NCBI RefSeq assembly: GCF_037042905.1
Contig: NC_087245.1
Location: 43,836,001 to 43,900,000, forward strand
Direction of reading: 5' to 3'
DNA from: Lytechinus pictus
Lineage: Eukaryota
DNA length: 64,000 nucleotides
Made by a program: the position numbers and the translations under genes. The notes beneath the pieces were generated by a model that did not search any database, had not been told where the DNA came from, and saw only the letters and a program-made list of their open reading frames with translations. This document shows, in pieces, positions 53,890 to 64,000 of this stretch (the first letter of the stretch is position 1; each line of letters begins with the position of its first letter).

Positions 53890-55070
53890 TCACAGAAAAT
53901 TCTTACAAACTACTACGCCTAACAAACCAGTGCAGGACGGTGTCGTGAGAAAATCGCACAGACTACTACAGGACAATACCATAGGATTGTCACAGGAAAT
54001 CAACAAGAATACCCCTGCAGGATTACCACAGTAAAGTATCACAAGAAGGCTGCAGGATGAGACCAATAATGCCACAGAAGATATCAAAGAACAGTATCAC
54101 AGGAATACCACAGGACAGTACTGCAGGAATTGTCCTGCGGTAAGGTCTCTTGGTATTCCTGCAGTACTGTCCTGTAGTACTGTTCTGTAGTACTTTCCTG
54201 TGATACTGGTCTGCAGAATTCCTAAAGTACTGTCCTGTCATACTGTCCTGTGATACTATTTATCACCACAGGATAGTATCACAGGACAGTACTACAGGAA
54301 TACCAGACCAGTATCACAGGACAGTACTACAGGACACAGTACCAGAAGCCTGCGGTACTCCTGTAGTACTGTCCTGCGATACTGTCCTGTAGTACTTCTC
54401 TGTGATACTGGTCTGCGGAATTCCTGTAGTACTGTCCTGTCATACTGTCCTGTGATACTATTTATCACCACAGGATAGTATCACAGGACAGTACTACAGG
54501 AATACCAGACCAGTATCACAGGACAGTACTACAGGAATACCAGACCAGTATCACAGGACAGTACTACAGGAATACCAGACCAGTATCACAGGACAGTACT
54601 ACAGGAATACCAGACCAGTATCACAGGACAGTACTACAGGAATACCAGACCAGTATCACAGGACAGGACACAGTACCAGAAGCCTGCGGTACTCCTGTAG
54701 TACTGTCCTGCGATACTGTCCTGTAGTACTTCCCTGTGATACTGGTCTGCGGAATTCCTGTAGTACTGTCCTGTCATACTATCATGTGATACTATCCTGT
54801 GATATTCCTGTGATACTGTCCTGTAGTACTAGTAGTGTGGTAGTGGTTGTAGCGGTTGTAGCGGTTGTGGTGATCGTGTCCTGTCATACTTCCTGCCATA
54901 CTTATGCGGTTATTACCACAGGAAGTATCACAGGACACGGACCTGTTGTACTCCTGTTGTACATTTCTGTAGTACCGTCCCAAATTACGTGCACGTAATT
55001 CCTGCAGTACTTTCCTGCGATACTTCCTGCAGTACATATCACAGAGTACTACAGGAATTTTTTGTAAGGG
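53890..55070. repeat. Right subterminal repeat array, including a 35-bp tandem array (54506-54665)
   Basis: Unit CAGACCAGTATCACAGGACAGTACTACAGGAATAC and its reverse complement in alternating blocks. Confidence 0.9.
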
Positions 55071-55072
55071 TA

Positions 55073-55975
55073 ACGTGATGTGGCCTAGTATGTACACCCC
55101 ATAGAGCAATTGGGGATGCACAGCCAGTACATGGATGCTGTTCGTGTGAGCAAGCTAGCTCGAGCATTTACTAGGCTACCCATTAGTAACTGTGCACCAC
55201 CTCTCACCCATAGGCGTTGTATACCAGCCTTCTGCCCCCCACCCAACCCAAGGTGGATGTAGATGGTAACCTACATTGATGTTGATGCCTGGCCCCCCAG
55301 TCTCACGACTGAAATTTAGATGCTTGGTGGTACGGAAGTTGCCTGCTCGAGTCTGCTCTGGAAGTGCCTCTCTTTTACCCGAAAAATCCTCCCTATTTAT
55401 ACCCTTCGAGCGAGCCCTTCTATACCACTCAAGCATAGACTCTGGGAGAGTTACATAAGCATTACTTCTGCTCATTAAGCATTGTAAACCCCGGAAGATA
55501 GTTTTACCCATAGGGAGCTGTACTTAAAATTCAGCTATTTCTCCCCACTCTAAACACAGGGGCTGGAATTAGCCCGGCCAGGGTAACTATATCTGGCCTC
55601 GATCATAACCTCCCTTGTTCTCTATATACTCCTAAGAGTTACAATAAATCACTTAAGTCAATACCTCCCGAATTATACCTTAACTACTGGAGTTGAGCTG
55701 GAAGTAGGGCTGTGCGGTATTGGATGGGTTAGTGCTAGGTTTTCACAAGCTTCTATTGTCTGGAGATTTTGGTCATTTATAAAAAGGTAGTTTAAGCCTA
55801 TTTCACTCCTGGGTAACGGTCAATCAGTGCTACTGCGTGTAGGTGTTGGTCGGCCTGGGAGTGAAACGGTTAAACTGGAGAGAATTTTGCCTGTCCATCT
55901 CTTCCCGCGAGAGGGCTCTTTACCTTAAAGCTGCATTGTGGGTTTTCACCTAGCTTAAAGTGACATTTCGTCACA
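55073..55975 (-). repeat. 5' LTR, distal (U3) part (903 bp)
   Basis: Matches 35704-36606; 1250+903 = 2153 bp. Confidence 0.95.
55394..55401 (-). promoter_or_regulatory. Candidate LTR TATA box (second copy at 36025-36032)
   Basis: Minus strand GGGTATAAATAGGG about 575 nt into the LTR; candidate AATAAA at 34803-34808 on the minus strand. Confidence 0.5.
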
Positions 55976-56814
55976 GTACATACTAAAGCGAGTTTTTAAT
56001 TACATGTATAAGTGCATTCTAAAGCGAGTTTTTAATTGGATAGCACAATTTGTCAATTCTTTGCATCCCAGCTAAAAGTCTTGCGGAAATCCTGAGGAAT
56101 AACGTATGGGCGGCTGCCAAGTGCACTTTTGCGTGAAAGTATCATTTTTTGCGTAAAATTTGAAAGACTGTTGAAAATCACGCATTTTGATATTTTGACG
56201 GATTATCATCATATTTTTGGTTATCTTTGATATGGAATTATTTTTATTTAGAGTTTTGAATTATAAGTCTAGTAAATATGCATATCAATTTCGAATATTA
56301 CACACACATATATGGCAATATGAAATATAAAATCGTGATTTACTAAAAATAATAGTTGGTGAAAACTATCAATAGTATAATGTTTGTGTTCCGCATCTCA
56401 ATTTCGTCAATTTTAGCGCTAACCGAATAAATACATAATAATTGTTGTCATGGCACATATAGTGAAAACAAATGTTGAAATAAGATGCAAGATATATCCT
56501 TTTATGTTACATATGCGAAAGATAACAATGTATATTTATCGGATGCGCATTTCTGATAAAATACAAACAGCGCACAATATTACATCTATATTGCATATAC
56601 TAATATCAATCAGTGCGATACTCGTCATGATATTACAGTATATAGGATTATGTTTGCTTTTGTAGAGTTCGATCTTCTTGCTATTTCCGCGAATTAATTG
56701 GTGCTGAACGTAAATCTACCTGTGGCGATATTCATAAATAGGTCTGATATTTAATTTGCCGTTACCATGGTAACATTAATTTTGTAGGAATATCTATATC
56801 CAAAATCATAGAAA

Positions 56815-57032
56815 CAGTAGCGTACCTAGGATTTTCCACAGGGGGGGGGGGGGGCAAAACCGTCGGCCAAAAAAACTGACAAGCAAAAAAAAAAGGTCTT
56901 CAAGGGGGGGGGGGGGCAGGTCTTCAAGCTCGTCGGGGGGGGGGGCATAGATACGTCTCTTACATGGGTTGGGACTCGTCAGGGGGGCAGACTGTCCCCT
57001 CTGCCCCCCCCCCCCCCGTAGGTACGCTAGTG
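56815..57032. mobile_element. Short G/C-tract hAT-like MITE (relatives at ~59684-59897 and ~6450-6492)
   Basis: CAGTAGCGTACCTA ... TAGGTACGCTAGTG. Confidence 0.65.
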
Positions 57033-59030
57033 CATAGAAAATATACATGTATGAATAAAGCGATCGAACTAGCATTTTTAAACTACTCTGTCAATCTACA
57101 TTTTACTTCAATTATTGGATTATCAAAGTCTAAAAAAATATGGCCGTTGCCACGGCAATACCTATTTTTTGTCTCGCCTGCATGCATAGCAGAGCAGGAC
57201 TAAAGGAGCCACTTTTCCGGCGGAGGCGACGGTAGCTTTGATATATTTAAACAGCGTCATATCAACCTTGAAATCTTAACCAAGGTTACGTTTTCGAAAT
57301 TTCGTTATAACTTTGAACGTATATAAAAAAATTAATGACACTTATGACAGTATTCAGGTATTACTGATCGTCTTGCACAAGTTTTAGATCACATGATTAA
57401 GGTCAAAGGTCATTAGAGTCACTGAACTTTGGCCATATGGGGGTATTTTTTCTTAATGTCATCATAACTTTTGAATTTTATTGATCCAGTTCATGATTAA
57501 ACCTGAATATAAGGGTATTAAAGTATGATGGATCATTTTGCACAAATTTCAGTTCACATGATCAAGGTTATACGTCATTTAGGTTCGATGAGCTTATTAT
57601 TTTATTATCACATGAATGGCGCTTTTGTGAATAATTATTAGTTTCAGTTGTTTCTAATGTTCTGCTGCTATAATTATTATGTGAAAATATGAATAATAAA
57701 TGTTGTTTGGTCTTTTGCATTGCAAGTTATAATTTTCATTCAATTCATTTTGCTTCATTACAGTTTTCGCGTTTGCTATTATCATAGGTCCATGCTGTTA
57801 TATATCGTAGTCTAAGACGGGGGCTGGACAGTCCGACCCTGGGCAGCCCTGGACATACATGTATGTATTGCCAATGCCAATTTGGGAAATGCAATCTATA
57901 TATTACAATATCTGCGCTGGACGCTGGTCATTAGCCTTTAGATTTATTTGTCATAATGGTCGTGCGACTGCATTTCCCAACATGGCAATACATGTGATGA
58001 AATGAGCTTTAAGAATTAAAATGTTAACTTAAAGAACCTACTCTTTTAGTATTTCAAACTTCATTCTCCACAGATAAAGTTTTTTAGCTCATGCAAATGG
58101 TTATTGACCGATCTATTTTAATTTCTGGTCTAATGAACTGTTCAATTACCTGATCAAAGAGACCGCAGTTGCATGAAACAACGCCTTCTACATTCTAAAA
58201 TTGGGAAAATGAGCTACGGACACTGACATAAGCCTTTTGATAGAAGATGCATGGAAGTGAGGGGGAGGGGAAACTTGCCCCCCCCCAAAAAAAAAAAACA
58301 GAAGCAAAATAATATAAAGCTTGTTGGGGAGGGGTTCATTTAGTTATTTATTTATTCTTTTACTTATTTTATTTATATATCTATATATATTTATTTATTT
58401 ATTATAACCTCAATTGAATGTAAATATTGTAATTTTAAACATTTTGTTTGGTTAATAAACACAAATTCTTCCCTAAATTAAGGCTTTTGCTTAAAAGACT
58501 TGGTCAGTCAGCTCCCTCACCAGCAGCGTAGCTAGGATTTTGTCAGCAGAGGAGCACGGGAGCGGGGCTTGGTATTTTGCAGGGGGTACCAAAATAGATT
58601 GATTCATCAAGTATTTATTATTAAGTACATATTAGCTTTATTCTCACAAACACGATTAAGTATCTGACAAGGCCCATTTGAATAATGCGAGCGCGAAGCG
58701 CAAGCATTTTATAATATGCCATGAAATTTAGAGCTGAAAGTTAGAAAGTTACACAATTCGTAAGTGTAATCATGAACATGTAATGTAATGTTAAAAATTT
58801 CAGAAATTTTTTATATTCTGACGTGAAAACGGAGCATTTAATACATATTTAAAAAAAATGATATATAGGCTATTGATGCGAGCGCGAAACGCAATCTGAT
58901 TTTTATATTCCAATCCGTAAACTGGACATTTTGATGACATTTTGAAATAAAGAATGTTATGTATCTGTTTTTGAAAAAATCCAGCACAAGCCGAGCTGGC
59001 TTTTTTTATAATTAGAAACGAAACATTCTA

Positions 59031-59245
59031 AGGCGCGATAGCTCAATCGGTAGTGAGGGGGTTTCGGATTCCGGTGGCCTGGGTTCGATTCCCACTTGGC
59101 GCGCTAGTGCCAAATAAGGCATTTACATGGTAGTAAGGCATTTTAATCCTATAGGTCCCTCGGAGAGTACCTTAAGCCATCGGTCATCTGGTTGCTTGCT
59201 TAGAAGCATTCACGCTTTCTTAGCAAATGAGGTAAAACAAAAATC
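59031..59245 (+). mobile_element. tRNA-derived SINE
   Basis: A-box TAGCTCAATCGG and B-box GGGTTCGATTCCC followed by a non-tRNA body. Confidence 0.7.
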
Positions 59246-61965
59246 GTCAAATCATGAACAATGATCAGTATTTAATTATAGCATTTGATGCGAGCGCGAA
59301 GCGTGAACTGAAAATGTCGAATTAAACGAAGGATTTTAAACATGTTTTTAATGTAGAAAAAGATGAATATTTTACTTAAAAAAAACGTGAGCGCAAAAGT
59401 GCGAGCTAAAATTGGGAGAGACTAAGAGCTAAAGATTGGACATACAGTATTCACATTCATTTAATAATGGACTGGATGCGACTGGATTCTGAGAAATTGA
59501 CACTTCAAGCAAGGTTTTTTTTAAACAGATAGCAAGTTGTTTATTTCATATATTAATGCCAGCGCGAAGCTCGAGTCGAAAATTTATTTGCCATCTTTTT
59601 TGTAATCCCGTGTAGGGTGCCTATCTCGCTAAACCACAATAAGATATACACTCGAATCGCGAGCAGAATACTTTGGGTATATTACAGCGGCGTACCCAGG
59701 ATTTTCCAAAGGGGGGGGGCAATTTTTTTTGAGGATATTTCGTCCGCGAAAAAAAAATTACAAGCAAAAAAAAGGTTTTCAACCACAAAGGATTTTGTAC
59801 CAGAAAAAAAAAATCGTCAGGGGGTACGTCCCCTGCATGAGTTGTGACTCGTCGGGGGGGGGGGGGGGACAGTCTGCCCCCCCCCTTTACGCTAGTGGTA
59901 TATTATCTTGAAAACGGGATACTTTCAGCTCCATGTAATCCTTTCGGACACTACACATGACCTTAGGCAGCGGGGGGAGGGGGGAGAGGCAGTTGCGGCC
60001 AGAAATTGTGTAACTCGTTTTAAGTATGTACTTATTCATGTAATTATGTTAATAATTTACAGTATCTTCAATTTTACATTCAAAATGCCCCCCCCCCTCC
60101 CCGCTAAATTTTGCATGCCCCCTTTCGGAAAATATTTCTTCCATCTTACTTGAAAATTCTTTTAATATTTGTGACATTAGAAACGATCGATATTCGTTAG
60201 ATGAACCAATTAAAATCGAAGAATTTAAGTTGTAAAAAAAATTAAAACTATTGACAGTGTTCACAAACTTCTATTTTGAGTAAATCACGATTTTTTAATG
60301 TCATATTGCCATATATGTGTGTGTAATATTCCAAATTGAAATGCATATTTAGTAGACTTATAATTTGTAATTCTGAATAAAAATAATTCCATATCAAAGA
60401 TAATAAAAAATATGATGATAATCCGTCAAAATATCAAAATGCGTGATTTTCAACAGTCTTTCAGATTTCACGCTAAAAATTATACTTTCACGCAAAAGTG
60501 CACTTGGCATCCGCCCGTACGTTATTCCTCAGTATTTCCGCAAGAATTTGAGCTGGGATGCAAAGAATTGACAAATTGTGCTATTCAATTAAAAACTCGC
60601 TTTAGTGTGTACTTATACATGTAATTAAAAACTCGCTTTAGTATGTACTTATACATGTAATTAAGTACATAATGTACGGTATTTTCAATTTTTCTTTCAA
60701 AATGCGCACATGGTAAAATGCACATTGTCTCCTTTCGGATAACATAAAGTGAGATATCTTCTATCTTACTTAAAAATTCTTTTAATATTTGTGACATTAG
60801 GACATTTACTATACATTTGATGGATAAACGCAGTTAAATCGAAGAATTTAAGCTGCGTAAAAAACTTCAAACTATTGATAGTTTTCACAAACTTTTATTT
60901 TGAGGAAATCGCGGTTTTATGTTTTCCTGTGCCATATGTGTGTGTGTAATATTCAAATTTGAAAGGCATATTTATGAGACTTATAATTTGAAACTCTGAA
61001 TAAAAATAATTTCATATCAAAGATAATTTAAAATATTAAAATAATCCGTCAAAATATCAAAATGCGTGATTTTCGACATTCTTTCAGATTTTACGCTAAA
61101 AATGACACTTTTACGCAAAATTGCGCTTGGCATCCGGCCGTACGCTACTCCTGGGTATTTTTGCAAGACTATTAGCTGGGATGACAAGCATTAGCAAGCA
61201 TTAACAAATTTTGCCGTCCAAAGTATAAAAAATCGTTTTGGCCGGTCTACTACTAATTCAAGCACTGTGTAGGAAAATTTTGAAGTGAATACTATGGATC
61301 GCACTTAATAAATTATGCGAATTAGTTGATATTAAGGTCTGAAAACTTGACATTTTTGCAATTTTGTATTTACGAATAGGATGCGTGCAATATTAACAAT
61401 TAATGCGAGCGCAAATCGCGATGTCAGGAAAGGGGATTTTAAGTAGTTTGGTGTGTGGTATATATTACTCATTAATCATAATGCGAGCGCATGCTGGCTG
61501 ATAGGATTTGACAATCAAACCTGAAAAGGAATATTTTGAGAACTTTATAGAATACAGGAAGAGAAAAGGTACTTGACAAATCAAATAATGCGAACGCGCA
61601 GTGCTAGCTGAAAATGTTGATACTGAGGCAATAAGACGGACATTTTACAGAGAACTTTTTAAAAATCAATTTGTTAGTCAAACAAAATAATGAAAGCTAA
61701 ATGTTGGAGCTGAAATATGATTTGTTATATTGACTTCAAAACTTGATATTGTATTCAGGAAGAATCTTATATACTCATCAAACACGCAATGCGAGCGCGA
61801 ACGAAAATTTTATATAATGACATGAAATATTTTTTTGAACTTTATTTTCCAAGTCCTCCCCTCATCTTATTTTATTCACTCGTCTTCCTCCTCCTTTGTT
61901 TCCTCTCTTTTCCTTCCTTTTCAACACAAGATGATGATCATTTCCATATATTTCTTCTATGTAAC

Positions 61966-62538
61966 CCCGGGGGGGCCACTTACATTGACGAGTGGATACC
62001 ATGCGCGACCAAAAAAACACGTAAAAAGGATGTCTTTTTCAAGATAGGGCACGTTACGTACGTAACGTGATAAGGGTGCCAAAAACACAAAAATAATGAA
62101 AAAAGGGTATCTATTTCGCTAAGATTAAGAAAGCTACGTATTTAGGGTCACTAATTTGCGGGGATGATACAAAAAAAAAATTAAAATGTTTTATAAAGAA
62201 AGGATGTCCTTTTTGCCCCAACACGTGTTTAGAGTCCGATTTGCGCAAGGTGTGGAAGGTGAGCGAGGCCGTATTAAACCAAATGGTGTGTAAACCGACG
62301 ACCGACGGACCTGTGACATAATAAAATATCGCTGTACTTGTTTAGGGGTTCATTTCAGGGAACTTGCCAAGAGTATCATTTTGTTCCCAATATTTGTTAA
62401 GGGTAGGGTTTCAGACGCCAATACTTGTTAAGGGGTGCATTTTCAGAATATGGAAAATACGTGTTTAGGGTGCTTTTCGAGACCCCATGGTCGCGCATGG
62501 TATCCACTCGTCAATAGAAGTGCCCCCCCCCCCCCGGG
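61966..62538. mobile_element. MITE with CCCGGG termini and 8-bp TSD (superfamily unassigned)
   Basis: TATGTAAC|CCCGGGGGGG..ATTGACGAGTGGATACCATGCGCGACCA ... inverse ..CCCCGGG|TATGTAAC. Confidence 0.85.
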
Positions 62539-63023
62539 TATGTAACACACCTACCGGTATTCCAGGGGGTGCTGACCTTGCTGACTATGGGAAATAATAC
62601 ACGCAGCACCCCCGTTTCCCATGGCCATGTGAATTTCACCCACAAACTTGCTCAGAGCCAATGAGATGCACGTAATGTATAGGTAGCGTATACCAATAGT
62701 CCATGAATTTAGTTTTATGAAATGCTCTCCCAATCACAGACGCTCCGGAAAGCATTTATTTATTTATTATCACTTATTTATTTATCTATTTACATTTATG
62801 TATTTATTTATTTGCTTATTTACTTATTTATTCATTCATTTATTTCATTTTACTTTAGTTGGGGGAGGGGGCAAAATATTAAAGGGGGCATAATTTTGTG
62901 AAAATACGAGATCCTTGGAGGGGAAGCAAAAAAAATGTAAAAATGGAGTATAAAAGACGTGTTTATACATGTTAGATGGTTGTTAGACGAACCGGTTGTA
63001 GACCAATCTGCAATCTACAAATA

Positions 63024-64000
63024 CAGGTGAGGCCAAAAGTTTTCATACACCAATGGAATTCAGTGAAATCTGTTCGCTTGCCAAACATCTATATCTTTAG
63101 AAATATAAATACTACCATGACGAATTTGGTATCAAACGAAAGAGCGTATTAGGCTCTTTCAAATTAAAATGCTGTTGGAATTAAAGTATATTTCAGGTGG
63201 AATCTGCTTTGAAGAAAAAAAGTAGTATTCATTCAAAATGTATTCCATTGTTTTTTTATATTATATTTTCCAACATCGTTTCATAGAAATACATAAATGT
63301 CAAATATATATTTTTTTATTACATTTCCTATCATGATATATCACCACTGAACAAAAAAGTGTAATCTGAAATGTCTGTGTTGAGAAGTAACTAGCACAAA
63401 TATGAAATGTTTTTGTCAATTTTTTGTTTTTGATTCGTTTAAAATATGAAGATTTTAGGGGAAAATTGCACCTAAATATGTTTCATATTTCATGACAAAG
63501 CAATGTGATGAAGGGGCATGACATACTGATTTGTTTGATGACATATTGATTTGTTTGATATCAACTTCGTAATGAATATTTTATAAGATACAGTAAATTT
63601 TATAATGTTTGGCAAGTGTCAACTTTTCTTTGAATTTTCTGGGTGTATGTTGACTTCTGTATATATTGACAAAAAAAATCGACTACAAGCACTTTCTACA
63701 AATTCTATGATACTCCGAAAACTAACCTTCAGAAAACTGACTCTATGAACTTTTCTAAACACGTAAACATTTTCGCTAAATTTTAGTATTCATCATATAT
63801 ACGACTTTATAATTTCAACGCACTGAAAGCTATTTCGGTGCCGTCCCAACAATTGTACTTTGGTCAGGAAATTAAAAAATTCATCAGATTCAAATTACCA
63901 TTTTCACCGTAATGCAATCTCGCACTTGGTAAAAATTGAGATATAACAACGTGCGTCTGTTAGATATCGATTATTTTTCGTTTTATATGCATTTTGCCAC
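63024..64000. mobile_element. Probable Tc1/mariner-type non-autonomous element, right end not seen
   Basis: TA|CAGGTGAGGCCAAAAGTTTTCATACACC start; internal inverted copy around 63540-63640. Confidence 0.45.

Larger units (their letters stand above)
41054..55070. mobile_element. 14-kb non-autonomous TIR element, CMC/CACTA(EnSpm)-like
   Basis: TA|CCCTTACAAAAAATTCCTGCAGTAC ... GTACTACAGGAATTTTTTGTAAGGG|TA; empty site visible in the other LTR (ACTAACCTAACGTG, ~35695-35708); dense subterminal repeats at both ends; no transposase ORF. Confidence 0.88.
34454..55975 (-). mobile_element. Non-autonomous Ty3/gypsy-derived LTR retrotransposon (LARD-like), 7.5 kb without the nested insertion
   Basis: TSD GTAC (34450-34453 and 55976-55979), TG..CA LTRs, PBS, PPT, decayed RT. 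Confidence 0.93.
33844..61252. mobile_element. Academ-like long-TIR non-autonomous element (about 5.9 kb without the nested LTR element)
   Basis: CTA|TAGTAGACCGGCCAAAA ... TTTTGGCCGGTCTACTA|CTA; left arm (33844-34453 plus 55980-~56390) is the reverse complement of ~60240-61252; no transposase ORF. Confidence 0.85.

Noticed and set aside
54506..54665. 35-bp repeat array as a CRISPR-like array
   Set aside because: Units are head-to-tail with no unique spacers, the context is eukaryotic, and the motif matches the transposon subterminal repeats
41054..55070. Autonomous transposase, Fanzor/TnpB or viral gene inside the large TIR elements
   Set aside because: No ORF above ~110 aa and no DDE, RuvC, helicase or capsid motifs recognisable in the ORF track or by eye; a heavily spliced gene cannot be fully excluded
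59031..59105. tRNA gene (also ~1800-1855)
   Set aside because: A/B boxes are present but acceptor and anticodon stems do not close and the sequence runs into a SINE body

Overview
Eukaryotic, AT-rich, repeat-dense genomic DNA; the repeat repertoire looks echinoderm/sea-urchin-like (inference only). One host gene is recognisable: ELP6 (Elongator subunit 6) on the minus strand, with six coding exons between 25349 and 2169 that splice in frame to 230 aa; the last exon is probably left of the window. Its introns hold a Gmr1-type Ty3/gypsy remnant (integrase before RT), L2/CR1-group LINE fragments, SINEs, an Academ-like 5.4-kb TIR element and many MITEs. The 38 kb upstream of ELP6 has no recognisable host gene and is a deeply nested transposon stack whose main boundaries can be read from target-site duplications. 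An Academ-like long-TIR element (33844-61252, TSD CTA) contains a very young non-autonomous gypsy element (34454-55975, 2153-bp LTRs with one difference seen, tRNA-Leu PBS, TSD GTAC, decayed gag-pol). Its 5' LTR is split by a 14-kb CMC/CACTA-like element (41054-55070, TSD TA) that itself carries older MITEs and exon-like fragments. The most unusual details are the LTR end containing internal copies of its own terminus plus a degenerate PBS, a Penelope-type minimal hammerhead ribozyme next to a perfect 33-bp hairpin, and a chain of splice-site-bounded non-coding segments antisense to ELP6. No intact transposase, CRISPR array or genuine tRNA/rRNA gene was found. Superfamily labels for non-coding elements rest on termini/TSD only, and all comparisons were made by eye.
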